Source: Chromera velia (Eukaryota). From it: 59,011 nucleotides of DNA. The notes under the pieces are model-generated. The model was not told the DNA's origin. It saw only the letters and a program-made list of their open reading frames with translations, and did no database searches. The position numbers and the translations under genes are program-made. Shown one piece after another: positions 37,255 through 50,118 of this stretch. Within the stretch, counting starts at the first letter, position 1. Every line of letters begins with the position of its first letter. The stretch is from contig JAHBMJ010000021.1 in NCBI GenBank assembly GCA_018398765.1, forward strand, positions 1-59,011, in the 5' to 3' direction.

Positions 37255-37840
37255 AAGGTGTTTAATCATGGAATATATTTATTCACTAGTTACTCACTTC
37301 AAAAGTAATATAATCAGCCCCCCGGGCTACATTTTTTATTTTTTTTTTTTTAATATAGTTTATAACTATAAAAAATTGGTTTTGAAAAAGATAAACAGGG
37401 GCTAACATCTCAAACTGGTATCATGGCTTGCTGTGACTTCAAGTTTGCATCTTACCTTGTGTTTGAAACTCATGCATGAAGACCCGATTTTTGATGCAAC
37501 CTGTACAATCGGCTATTCGGCTCCGAATGCATGCACCGATGCATGCCCGTGGCCGCTAGTAGGAGCGGTGCATGGGCCGCGCCGGCGCGTGCATGGCTGG
37601 CCCGGGCTGTGTGGGCTGGGCCATGCATACAGTGCACTGGATGTGCATAAGCCTCCAGACTACTCCCAAAACATTTGTTTTTATAACGTAAAAAAAAAAC
37701 CATGCACCATTAGAATGACCTAAGGTATTAAAGACTAGTAAGAATCGGACTTTGGCTGATTAATCACTTTATTCAATCACATTCAATCACTTCATGGGAT
37801 AATTAAATATATTCTAATCACAAGTGACTAAACACCTTTG
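37253..37840. mobile_element. Small TIR element (MITE) embedded in (AT)n
   Basis: CAAAGGTGTTTAATCA ... TGACTAAACACCTTTG with (AT)n runs on both sides. Confidence 0.75.
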
Positions 37841-38983
37841 ATATATATATATATATATATATATATACTGAAATATTAATGCTATGCTATATATGCATAA
37901 TACATGCCAATACCAATAGAGTACATACATGAATGAATGAATGAATGAAGTTGGCTTTGCTAGAGTGGAGCCGTGCTCCCAGCAGCCCATGTTCATGCAA
38001 GAGATCGTCGATCACATACATATTATATCTATGTATGTACTCGTCCATCCTAGAGTCCATCATTGTAATGCGTATATATGTCTCTAGATGCATCCTGCAT
38101 GTATTGAATATAACATTATTTCTAGCATTATTTTCATCTAATCAGTTTTTTAGCTTCTTCTACATATATTATTGTAGGTACATCACCTGTATCATGATTG
38201 TATGGTGGAATCGTAATGTTTCAGAAGCATGCTGCTCCTGTTCTTTGCTTGTCGATACGCACTTCTTTTCTCTCTTTCCGTTTGGTAAGGGGCGCATGCC
38301 GAGCAAATTGATTTTTAAAGCGTGTAAGTCCCCATCCGGATCCTTAAATGCTGTGCGCGCCATCATTGTTTCGGCTCGCTTCACGCATGATATTCATCTT
38401 TCCATGCGCTTCTCTCTCTTTAACTGATCCCGGCTTGCCTCTCCTGTCAGTGATTGCACGTTGAGTGATGCACGCTGAGTCCCGATTCTTTATGCAAGTG
38501 ATTGCCATCTCTGGAACTCTTTCACTTCTCGTTTGGGGCTTTCCGGGGTTCTCACATGTAGGGACTCCGTCAGGCGTCTCCTCTCGCATACATTTTGACT
38601 CACAAAATTTCTCATTGTTTCATCTCGATCGATTGCTAGAATTGAACGTTTTTCCTATGGGAGTGGCTCTCTGCTTGCCACTCTGTAACGACTTTCTCTG
38701 GAATAAGGACCTACGGATCGATTTCATCATGAGTCTTTATTTCTGTCTTCGTGTGTAGCTAGATATTCGTTCTTATAGTCTAGCAAACATCTCGGGAATA
38801 TCATAAAGAAAAAAGAGGTACCGGAAAAAGAATATGTAGTCTCTCCTACAGAGCCCTTTGACTGCTGCCCCTCCTTCTCACCCTTTTTCTCTTTCTCACT
38901 TGCGGAAGAAGACAACACAGTCTCTCCTCCAGAGCCCCCGGACCGCTACCCCTCCTTCTCAGCTCTCGAAGACCATGCAGCTG

Positions 38984-39121
38984 CACACACGCACACACAC
39001 ACATACACACACACACAGTCATACACACACAGTCACACACACACAGTCACACACACACAGTCACACACACACACACACATACACATACACACACATATAC
39101 ACACAGAGAGAGAGAGAGAGG

Positions 39122-39175
<54 letters not shown>

Positions 39176-39209
39176 CGGAGAGAGAGATAAAGAGAGAGAG
39201 GGAGGGGGG

Positions 39210-39275
<66 letters not shown>

Positions 39276-39300
39276 CATACACACACATACACACACACAC

Positions 39301-39348
<48 letters not shown>
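38984..39348. repeat. (CA)n/(GA)n compound microsatellite
   Basis: Direct reading. Confidence 0.95.
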
Positions 39349-39349
<1 letters not shown>

Positions 39350-40299
39350 AACGGAAGGAGAAAAAGAAGGAAGGGCAAAATGCAGGCACGAAGAGTGACT
39401 CTTTTGTTTATCAAGGCTGCTCAATGTTGTCCTTGTTAGTTCTTTCAGTCTGCAAACACTGTATACATGAGGGATACACATATATGCACACCTTGATAGA
39501 AGGAAAAATTTGATGATTCAGCTACACTACAATTCCTTACGGAATTGTCCATCACCTTTTTGTTAACTTAATTCTCGCTCAAAGCCAGTCACTTTGTCAT
39601 TATCCCCTCTGCGCCCCTCCCCTTTCTCTTTCTAGTCACGTCACTCAGTCCGGGCCAGCTGATATCCGTCAACCCGATCAGCACAAATTCAAACCAAGAT
39701 TGACCCGGTACTTTTAACTTGAAAACGTTTCAACACAAGTTTTCAATCGAGATGACCAACCTTCTCAGAAATGGTAAGCGATGCTCCTACCATAAATCGC
39801 TCAAACTGTGAGTCACTTTTGTCTCCAGCTTTGTTGCGCTGTAGGGCACTCACAGGCAGAGGTGTCCTTCCCAGCTACCAGTATGCATGGGTCCGGGGGT
39901 TCCCATCGCGGAGTAGAGGACGTGGACCCTCTCCCCACCAGTCAATGTAAATTCGTCGACTGAGCGCTCGTTTACTGGGAAGTCCTTTCTCTGAAGGCCC
40001 CCAAACCCCCCCCTACCCAGCCGGAAGCGCTGAGGTACATCTTCAACCGCCAAAAAGATCTGTCTGTCCTTAGCGGCGACGGTCTTGGCTTCAAAACTGT
40101 CAGACAATATTTCTGTAGTGACAAAGAGAGAAAGAGAAAGACAAGCATGGTTACAGAGAGCGAGTTAGAGTGTCAATGCAAACTGCGTAGTCATGAAGGA
40201 CAATGCAACTTGTAGAATGAGAGAAGAGGAGAACGGAAGAGGAAGAATGAAAAAGAGTGAAGGACTCGCCAAGGAGACGGCATGGCCGAGAGGCCCCGG

Positions 40300-40349
40300 A
40301 AAGACAGAGAGAGAAAGACATACACACACACACATATACATACACACAC

Positions 40350-40390
<41 letters not shown>

Positions 40391-40398
40391 AAGAAAGG

Positions 40399-40430
<32 letters not shown>

Positions 40431-40486
40431 CAGAGAAAGAAGGAAGGAAGGAAGGAAGGAAGAAAGGAAGGAAAGAAGGAAGGAAG

Positions 40487-40520
<34 letters not shown>

Positions 40521-40587
40521 GAGAAAGAGGGAAAGAGGAAAGAAGGAAAAAAGGAAAGAAGGAAAGAAAGAAAGAAGAAAAGAAGGA

Positions 40588-40618
<31 letters not shown>

Positions 40619-40737
40619 GAAGAAAGAAAAGAAGAAAGAAAGAAAGAAAAGAAAAGAAAAGAAAAAAAGAAAGAAAAAGAAAGAAAAAGAAAGAAAAAGA
40701 AAGAAAAAAAAGAAAGAAAGAAGGAAGGAAGGAAGGA

Positions 40738-40773
<36 letters not shown>

Positions 40774-40785
40774 AAAAGAGAAAAA

Positions 40786-40817
<32 letters not shown>

Positions 40818-40897
40818 AGGAAGGAAGGAAGGAAGGAAAGAAAGAAAGAAAGAAAGAAAAAAAAAAAAAAAAAGAAAGAGAGAGAGAGAGAGAGAAA
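40300..40897. repeat. (GA)n/(GAAA)n/(GGAA)n purine tract
   Basis: Direct reading; this tract produces the K/E/R-rich spurious ORFs. Confidence 0.95.
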
Positions 40898-42911
40898 TCT
40901 GACCAGATGGTTTTGGAAGGACGATATCGTCAGAACCCCCCTCCTCGACTGCCTGGCAGTGCTCTTTTTAGATAAGGAAGGGGGTCATGGAAGTGAACAC
41001 AAATTAATTTCAAAAGGTCCAATCTCAGCTCCGTGCGCGATACAAGCATAATCACTTGTTCTTCCTCTACTTCGGCGACCAAGGTCAGATTTGTTCTCGT
41101 AAAGGGAATGCTCCCCCCCAGGATGAGCTTATCGACCTGTTCTCTGAGAGGGGTGGAAATTCCTATGATGTCTTCCAGCGTGAGGCAGCTGGCATGACAT
41201 AAAGAGTCCATATCCAAGGAAAGTACCCTGTTGCCAAGTTCGTCTCTCCAAATGAGCTCTTCAAACTCAAAGAAGAGAGTCCGCACTTATGGAGCTGCTC
41301 CATTCTGGAAGTCTCCGAGGACAAGTCCTGTGCCTATTTTGACGCTGCCTGTCATTCCCTCAAACAGGTTTTGGATCAGTTCAGATGCATCTGCAAGAAG
41401 AAAGTGAACAATCAAAGAGGGTTCAAAAAGGGTCTCGATGCGAGCAACTGTGAGCAAGAAAATTTGAAGGGAAGCGTGAGAGCAAAGCAGAAAGCTAGGA
41501 AAGCTAGACTATAGAGAGGGGCTGGAGGGACGTAAGAAGATGGATAGAGCCCGTCAATAGAGGAGCGGAGGAGGGGACAAACTGCTACACAGGCAGCTCA
41601 TGCAAAAAGCAGACTGACGTACTGAGATATATCAGTTCTGAATTCTCGTCCAGGTCTGCGGTCATTGACAACAGAAACTCAAGACGCCCTTTTTAGAGTT
41701 TGTCAATTGTACCGTTGAACCTGGACAGCGCCTGAGTTGCTGCTTCAAATGGCTTCCCGAAAACTTTGTTTATGTCTATGCTGTACCTGCTGGGGCGTGC
41801 GATCTTTGATGCCAATTCATTGAGGCTGGTCTGAATCTATCGAAAGGACCCGGTTTCCAAGTTTGTTTCGCTTTCGCCAAACGAATTCGTCGGACTCAAA
41901 GAATAGAGTCTGCACCTGTGGTGCTGCTCCATCCAACTCAGAGTCGCCAAGTAAGCAGCAGGAAGGCCCAGCATCTGTATTTGCATCCGTGTGCAAGATG
42001 TCAGGTCTCGAAGCGCAGCAAGGAGAGGAAACCTAGAGAGGAAACAGGTGTATGGGCAATCACCTAAAAAACTTTCGAAGACTCGAGGATCTCAACTTCT
42101 CCAGACCTCCAGACAGCTTGACATCTTCCAAGTGACTACATGTGCTTCCTCCTCTGACACCTCACCAGGCGCACTTTTGTCTTCACAGAAACTTCTTTCT
42201 CTCCCCCGTCGTCTCCTTTCTATAGCAACCACCGTCTGAGCTTTCATTTTCTTCTTGAGGCCTGCTCCTTCCCAGGCTGCCCCCCTCTGCCTGTCTTACA
42301 CACTGCTCAAGAACTTGGTCTCCCCTGCCGACGCTTGCATATGTTTTTTTCTCCCACTCCCTCACCCATGCAGATTTTATTTTTCTAGGCAGGCCGTGGT
42401 GACCGATTCCTTCTTTGGCTTCTCCACCTGGAACCCCTCCCCCCCCACAGTGAGAATACTGCTGCCGCGTGTTTGGCAACTTTGCCTGCAAGACACTGCA
42501 TACCCGCTCCAGATCCAGGGAGAATTCCTTGATGCAAAGGAAGAGCCATGGGAACACTTTGTAGGCCTCCTGCATATTTAACTTTTCAACAGTCTTATCC
42601 GGAGTTAGAGCAGTATGGTTGCTAGCCCCGCAAAGAGACTAGTGCATGGACTCGTGAAGACAAAAAAAAAAAAATGGTCCCGTACAAAAAACGCTCGATA
42701 GTCTATGAAAACGATAACGCTCAAAAATATGGAGACAGTAAAAATGTAATGCTTGAGTGAGACAGAAACATGAAACCAAAAGAGGATAAAATGGTTTGAA
42801 GGCTATATATACATCTGTCTGTATGAGTGGGTGGCTTAGTATTCTTGAGTGGTGAACCATGACTCCAGAGAGCAGCATAACCATCCGAAAGACACACATC
42901 CTGCAAACAGA

Positions 42912-43534
42912 ATGCGCCTTGTGTTTTTGCCGTTGCTGGTGGCACTCTTACTAATCGGTGGACTAGCCATCTGCCGTGTGGGAAATTGTGAGTGTCCGCT
43001 TACAGCCACCGAGTGTACGGATGCTAGACTTTCAGGTGTAGATGTCTGCCCTGTGTGCAAACACCGAGTTGCGTTCTATCTGAATCCCCATGGTGTGGCA
43101 GCTCAGGTTGTTGGCACCTCAAACCAACGTGGAGACGGCAACAACAACAACAATAGAAACGGTAGTGGAGACGGCACTCGTGAACAAGCCCAACTGACTG
43201 GAGACGTTGAGCAAGGTGAGTTGGTTAAAGTTTTGAATCGCTGAAAAGTTTGCTCGTTGAAGTCGGAGCTGATTGCCGTGTGAACTGCGGTGAACTGAAT
43301 TATGCGTACAGACAAAGCACGTATGGGGCGCCACAAACAGCAAACGAATTCTTCAGGTCAGTATAGATCTGATGGTGAGGAGTATGTGAGAAAACAGCTG
43401 CACGGTAGTACTAAGAGGATGGGCAGATGGAACGAGAGGGATGGAAGTACCTAGGTGGGTTCCGGTACGAAGCCGCACTGTTCTGAGGTGAATTCTGTGT
43501 TCGCTTTCTGTATATGTGTGTGTGTGTGTGTATG

Positions 43535-43569
<35 letters not shown>

Positions 43570-43952
43570 ATCTGTGTGCGCGTTGTTGTCTGGTGTGGCT
43601 CGTGAGTAAGGGAGTGAGCAACTAGGTATGTATGTAAGTGTATCTGAGGCTGGTGTGGACTTGGTTGACAATTTTGTGTGCAAATAATGGTCAGGTTGGT
43701 GGTCTGGGTTACGGAGACGGCGAAGAGACGGGAGGTGTAGAGGCGGGTCAGGTTGGTGGTCGGGGTAACGGAGACGGCAATGAGACGGGAGGTCTGGGGA
43801 CGGGTGAGTAGGGCCTGTTTGTGTATGTGTGTGTATGTGTATCTGTGTGTATGTGTGTATGTCTGTGTGTGTGTGTGTGTATATATATGTATGTGCTAGT
43901 GTTCGGTGGATGTGTAGGTGTGTATACATGACACCGCGCATACGACTTTGTG

Positions 43953-44021
<69 letters not shown>

Positions 44022-44118
44022 ATATATGTGTATGTGTATGTGTGTGTGTATGTGTGTGTGTGTGTGTGTATGTGTGTGTGCATGTGTGTGTGTGAGGTTT
44101 GTATATGTGTATGTATAT

Positions 44119-44158
<40 letters not shown>

Positions 44159-45470
44159 ACGGCTTGCCTAGTCAGACATACAAACTCCCGGTAAAATGCT
44201 ATGAAACTACTAGGTAGATTAGGGAACATGCTTAGTAGACCAGGGGGTCTTCTAGGCAGTCTACCTGGGGTCTACCAAGCAAGTGCCTAGTGACTCCTAG
44301 GGAGCTACCGGGCAAATACTAAAACATTCCTAAGCACCATCTAGGTAAGTTCCTATCCTATTCTAAGTAAGCTTAGACAAAGAGTTCTTTAAAAAAACGG
44401 TGTTAGATAATGATACTTATATAGAAATAATCATAATATGATTTTAGAGCATTAAGAGTCAGCATGCAAAATATTTTTTCAAGGCAACCTCCAACCTCCA
44501 GACAGACGGCAGCATTCAGTTCGCCCCAGATGGGATTGTTGCTTTTGCTCAGTCCCTATCAAAATGGAGAGCACACCATGGAGGGAGTTTGAACGCAGAG
44601 TACACCTACGGACAAATGGTGGATTGGCTTTGCGAAGCGCCTCCAAATGACTACTTGGTGCAGTTTTGGCGAGCTTCCCACATCAAAGCGCTCAAAGCGG
44701 CCTTGCCAGAGTTTCATGTTACAAGATGGTCCGCTGTTACTCGGTTTTTGGAAAGCATGGAAACCCTAACAGAGGCTGATAAGATGCTCTTCAGCTCTCT
44801 TGAATACTACAAGTCAGAGCTTCTCGATGAAGGAGCAGGGGCACAGCGAGATGAAGACATGCCTGACCGAGCACGGGCATGACATTCCTGTAAATATTTA
44901 TCAATTAAATACTTTTACTTACGTTTTTAAAGTTGAAAACTCAGCTAATGTTGTCTAGAAAAACTGAAGATGTTGCTAAGAGACTGCCTAGGATAAGATA
45001 GGAACTTGTCTAGATGGTACCTAGGGTCTACTAGGCACTTACCCGGGAGACCCCTAGGGTCCACCAGGCATGTACCCTAAATCTCCTAGGCATTCCTTCG
45101 AATATGCCTAGACTTCCCTAGGGTTGTCCAGGCAGTATTCTTAGGAGTTTGTATGTCTGACTAGGCAAGCTGTGTATGTATGTGTGTGTGTGTATGTGTG
45201 TATGTGTGGGTTTGGGTGTGTGTGTGTATGTATGTGTGTATGTGTGTGTATATATGTGGTTGTGTATTAGATTAGTGAGGAGGTGAGTGAGTGAGCGATT
45301 GGGTAAATGAGTGAGTGAATGAGTGAGTACATGACTTCGTGGGTGAGTAGGAATTTTGTGTGCAGATCGTGGTCAGGATGGTGGTCTGAATGACGGAGAC
45401 GGCGATAAGATGGGAGGTGTAGAGGCGGGTCAGTAGGGCCAGTCTGCGTATATTTGTGTATGTCTATGTT

Positions 45471-45508
<38 letters not shown>

Positions 45509-45590
45509 TATGTGTGTGTGTATGTGTGTGTGTGTATGTGTGTGTCTGTATATGGATGTGTCCGGTATACATATATATATGTGTGTGTGT

Positions 45591-45623
<33 letters not shown>

Positions 45624-45870
45624 TATTTGTGTGGTTGAGTGAGTAAGTGAGTGAATAAGTAGGTGTGTATGTGTGTATGTGTAAATATGCCTGAGGCCAC
45701 GGTATGGACTTGGTTAACAATTTTGTGTGCAGATCGTGGTCAGGTTGGTGGTCCGAGTGATGGAGACGGTGAAGAGACAGGAGGCGTGGAGGCGGGTCAG
45801 TAGGGCCTGTCTGCGTCTGCTTCTGTATGTGTGTGTGTGTGCGTGTGTATCTCTCTGTGTGTGTGTGTGT

Positions 45871-45911
<41 letters not shown>

Positions 45912-46124
45912 TGTATGTATGTATGTGTATGTTGTGTTTCTGTAGTTGATAGAGAGTCGAACAGAGACCGAAACCGAGCCGTTCACGATGAGCAGGGCGG
46001 AGCCAGAGATGAGCCGGAACAGGAAAACGCAGGTCAGTATGTGTATTGTGAGTGTGTGTATATATGTGTGTGTGTGTATGTGTGTGTGTGTGTGTGTATG
46101 TGTGTGTGTGTGTGTGTATGTATG

Positions 46125-46179
<55 letters not shown>

Positions 46180-47777
46180 GTGTGTATGTGTGTGTGTGTG
46201 TGTGTGTATGTGTATGAGGGCGGGTTGTACCAGTCTGAATCGCTGTGGTGTATTGCAGAAGAGGATGACGATTCTGTGACTGAAATCATCATCGGTTCTC
46301 CTCTTTGTGTGCCTCCGACAGATGAGAACGAGAACGGAACCTGTGCAGAACAGAGTAGTGGGTCGGTCTCCCGGAACGGAAAGCGGATCAGGGAAAAGGA
46401 AGGTGGAGGTGATGACGATTCCAATTATGTTGATGAAGCGGAAAAGAAAAAGTCTATAAAGAAAGCAAAAAAACATACAAGTAAGAAAGAATGGAAAGAA
46501 AGTGGTGGTTTGAAGAAGACTTGTACCGGATGCTTTCATATAGTAGAAGTAGATTGCCCTTCATGTTCGCGGCCTCTGAAGGTTGTGATCCAGTAAACAA
46601 ATGACAGAGAGAGTACCACGGTGAGTCTTCCACCCATATACCAGCGTGCGGGGAGACTTGCTCAGACACCACCAGTCATCGGACCTAGTGTTTTCGTAAT
46701 GTCTCCTCAGTCTCACTCTATGCTAGCCACTGTTACTGCAACAAGAACGGGGCCGCTGTCAGCTGGTTCGGGTGCTCTAGTTGGGTGCTTGCGCATCTCT
46801 GGCTGGTCCAGGAACCTCTGGTGGGCGTTTTTCTCCGGGCGGGATGGTGAATGGATGGTATATGTCTGCCGTTAGGGAGAAGATCACACTACACCTACAC
46901 CAGAGGTGGGTCTGAGGGAATCAGTAGTATAGATTTGACATAAGTTAGAAGATATGACAAAGTAGAATTTGGTGTGAATAATAATTTGTAGTTGGGTGAG
47001 TTATGTGTGAACGAGTGAGTGGTTGTCTTCTATGTTTAAGTGGTTTACGTCTGTGTGCAACCGTAGTAGTATGGACGATCGATATAAAGATGAGGTTCAG
47101 CAAGTACACACACCATCGTAGTCAAGTAGACAACCACCCACGAATACGCGTAGAAGAGAGGAGAGAGTTGGTTGAGACTGCTGCGGGGTTTGTTATGAAA
47201 GATTCGATGAGAACCGTTTAGCCATCATGTGTAGGACAAGAAACTATCTGAAGAGGTTGTGTCAAGAGTGCTTCGAAGCGCTTGATTTTTGTCTGTACTG
47301 CATGATACAGAACTGATTGGTTTACAACAAAGGACCGGTTGGACGTAAGAGGCGATGCATTGATCATTTCCAGACGCACCTTCGACGTTGCAGGGGCTGT
47401 GGGAGCCCAAGCCTACAGATTGAATGAAAGGCTTGAGAGTGAGGAAAATGCAATTAATGCGAGGTTACTACCTCATACGCCTGCGGGGTGGGGGATGCAG
47501 CTGAATTCTGATGACGGACGTTATCCGTCAAGAGTTTGGGTGTTTCCGTGGAATATGGGAATGGAGATCATGCGAGAGAGGTGGACCGACTGGCCCACTA
47601 TGGAGCAGTTCCATGAGTTAAGCAGAAATTATGTTGCCGAGGTCAACCTGGTGACAATTAATGAGGGAACCGATACACGGGATCAGATGAGTAAAATCCT
47701 ATCTATTTCCACGTGAGAGCACCCAGATAACAACCGAGAGGGACCTCGCGGAGCAGGTGCTCCCTCAGTGAACTAGG
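42912..47777 (+). pseudogene. Decayed multi-exon gene: signal-peptide-like N-terminus, Cys/His motif, repeated phase-1 mini-exons, CxxC-CxxC motif, unknown C-terminal domain
   Basis: Inferred exons 42912-43215, 43312-43356, 43684-43803 (acceptor AG>AA), 45366-45428, 45733-45795, 45946-46032, 46259-46620 (TAA at 46594) and ~47090-47777 (in-frame stops). Linkage of the last block is tentative. Confidence 0.5.
44158..45174. mobile_element. Second CACGG-ended, TA-flanked non-autonomous TIR element, inserted in (TG)n
   Basis: TA|CACGGCTTGCCTAGTCAGACATACAAACTCC ... GGAGTTTGTATGTCTGACTAGGCAAGCTGTG|TA. Subterminal repeats are CTAGG-rich. An internal ORF-like block lies at ~44480-44882. Confidence 0.85.
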
Positions 47778-48749
47778 AGTGAAAATATAGCAGTATTCAG
47801 TGATTGGGGGTTGATTTTTATATGAAAACAGACTCTTCAAATTGGAAGGTTTCTAACGAACGAAGGCGGTCGAAGAAACTCTTTGATTGGTTTGTTTTCT
47901 AGCTGCGATTGAAGCACGCTGGTGGGATTTTTTTACAACAGTCTGGGCAGTAGGATAGAAGTGTAGAATCTGCTGTGTGGGGTATAATCGGGTGTAATAG
48001 TTGGTATGCTGCATACGGTCCCTTCATGTTCTTAAAAAAGGTTGTTTTTGAATTACTAGCGACTATCTCCATTTAGTGCTGATAGAGATCGATTCAGTTT
48101 CAATAAAAATTGTTTACAGATTGTAGACTGATTATTTTGCTGAAATTTGTTCAAAATATATTGATTATTTAACTTGAGGAAAATTTTGCAAAATATTTGT
48201 CAAATAAATTCTAAATTCACTATATATAAAAAAATTTAAGAGCTCTAAGATGTATCTAAAATTTAACGACTAAAAAATTGATGCACTATAAATAGATGCT
48301 TAAAACTTACTACGTCAACCAAATTGAGGTGTTTAAGTGGTTTATTAATTAGAATGATTCGTAATAATTAATTTGAAGTGTTTTGGGAATCGATTCGTTA
48401 GATTATTAAATTATTTATTGAAACAGCGAATTCAAATTCAGACTTTGTTTGTTATTGGAGATGGATTTGCTTGGCTGAATGAGCGTTGTTGTCTGTACGG
48501 AGCAAATCGATGTTCGAAAGAGGAACCAATCGGATGGAACGAAAACCGTCAGATGAGAATGACGGAGCCTCAGCGTTTGCACGCGCGACGGCTTTCCGTA
48601 CAATTCGAAACGCAGCTCGTCATGCCTTTTTCTGAGCATAGTCACACTGCGGAGGACGGTTCAGCGAGTCCAGATGATCAGCAATCAGTGTACATGAGTT
48701 GTGAGATGATTTCCAGAAAAAGGGATAATGCGGGTAGCGAACAGCAGAC

Positions 48750-50118
48750 GCTGCAGTCCAGAAAGCGGACCAGAATTCGCCTTCGTGGTTTCGTCTCCAC
48801 ACAGCACTAAGCAGAGGAACCATAATGCTATCGAACCTCCAGTCGCTGCGACAAGTTACTCTTTTGATGGCGAGGCTGTTGCCCTCGACCGTGTTCGAAT
48901 AGGTTCCATCTTTGTTCTTGAACTGCTTTTTGTGGTTGACCCAACGGTGCTTGCGGAACGAGTCCCCGACACCCTTAGCACGGTAACTCGACCAACCGTC
49001 GGTAATGAGAACGCTTGTCTTGTTCACATAACGGTCTAGAAACCATTTGATCACCATTTTGCATCTGCAAAGAACCATGTATAGAACGTTGCACAAACGA
49101 GGTCTGGTTACATTTAGTCAGCTCGTAATTCATTGGCCCTAGTCATTGTCCTCATTCATTCCTTTATTGATGCATGCATTCATTTATTCATTCATTCATT
49201 CATTCATTCATTCATTTGTTTATGTATATATTCATTAATTCTTCATTCATTATTGTATATTATCGGGAGTGTTGATTGATTGATTCATTTATTTACATAC
49301 TTTTTATATTCAATCATTGATCATTTCATTCATTTCTTTATTCATTTATTCATTGATTGATTCATTCATTCATTCATTGATGCATTCAGGCCGTCACTTG
49401 TTCTTCCATTCATTCATTCATTCATTGATGCATTCAAGCTGTCACTTATTCTTCTTTCAGTTCTTCATTCACAGTTTATGCAACGTTTCAACACTAATCG
49501 GATTAGTAATTCATTCATGCATTCATTCATTCATTTATTTATTTATCCACTCATTCATTTGTATTATTGACGGACCTGCACCGGACGGGCTCTGCAACGA
49601 AACGTTTGGTTTTCCAAGAAACGGCCACAAGAATCCAGACGCCTGCTACTGGATGTCCTTTGCCGTACTTGCACTTTCCCGCTTTGGTCTCATCCACTTC
49701 GACCTCATCATCACTTCCCCCTAAGAGACCTTCACCGAAGGATAGTTTCCACCCGTTCAGCAACATGTCCTCTGCCATGACCTGCAACCAAAGAGCCTTT
49801 ACATACAGATGTGAAAGACGGTAGCTTGTCGTGGCCTTAGAGATAGACGGTCAGACAAACTGACAGACTGACAGACGCCAACAGACGGACAGTCTGACAG
49901 ACAGAGATGCAAACGGACAGACTGATAGACAGCCAGATATAAACATACAGAACCAAACAGCAATACACAGCTCGAGGACCACACACACTGACCAGTTTGA
50001 CAAAACGAAGATAGTCTGCAATCGTATGGCAGCTGTGACTGGTGGCGTTCTGCATTGCCACCGAAGTCGATCGGTTGAGTGCGTGGTATACCAAACGGAT
50101 GATGTCGGACAGCTTTAA
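48750..50118 (-). mobile_element. Merlin (IS1016/IS1595 ISXO2-like) DDE transposase, intron-containing, degenerate
   Basis: LLGGSDDEVEVDETKAGKCKYGKGHPVAGVW, LITDGWSSY, HRWVNHKKQF..KDGTYSNTVEGNSLAIKR. These blocks are separated by a (TGAA)n intron-like tract at ~49100-49570. Confidence 0.85.

Larger units (their letters stand above)
38169..42575 (-). pseudogene. Decayed multi-exon gene of unknown family with an internally duplicated domain
   Basis: One frame 38918-38169 is broken only by in-frame stops. Further coding-like blocks at 39850-40107, 40930-41390 and 41500-42575 are separated by microsatellite intron-like tracts. Limits are approximate. Confidence 0.45.

Noticed and set aside
40193..41051. 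260-aa K/E/R-rich ORFs
   Set aside because: These are translations of a purine microsatellite, open in all three frames.
43411..46539. HT- and CV-repeat ORFs (also at 14195, 29079, 39033, 54068 and 58756)
   Set aside because: Artefacts of (CA)n/(TG)n/(CAGA)n microsatellites.
38169..47777. Stop-codon reassignment explaining the in-frame stops
   Set aside because: All three stop types occur, other decayed loci also have frameshifts, and the intact genes have no internal stops and end at TAA and TGA.
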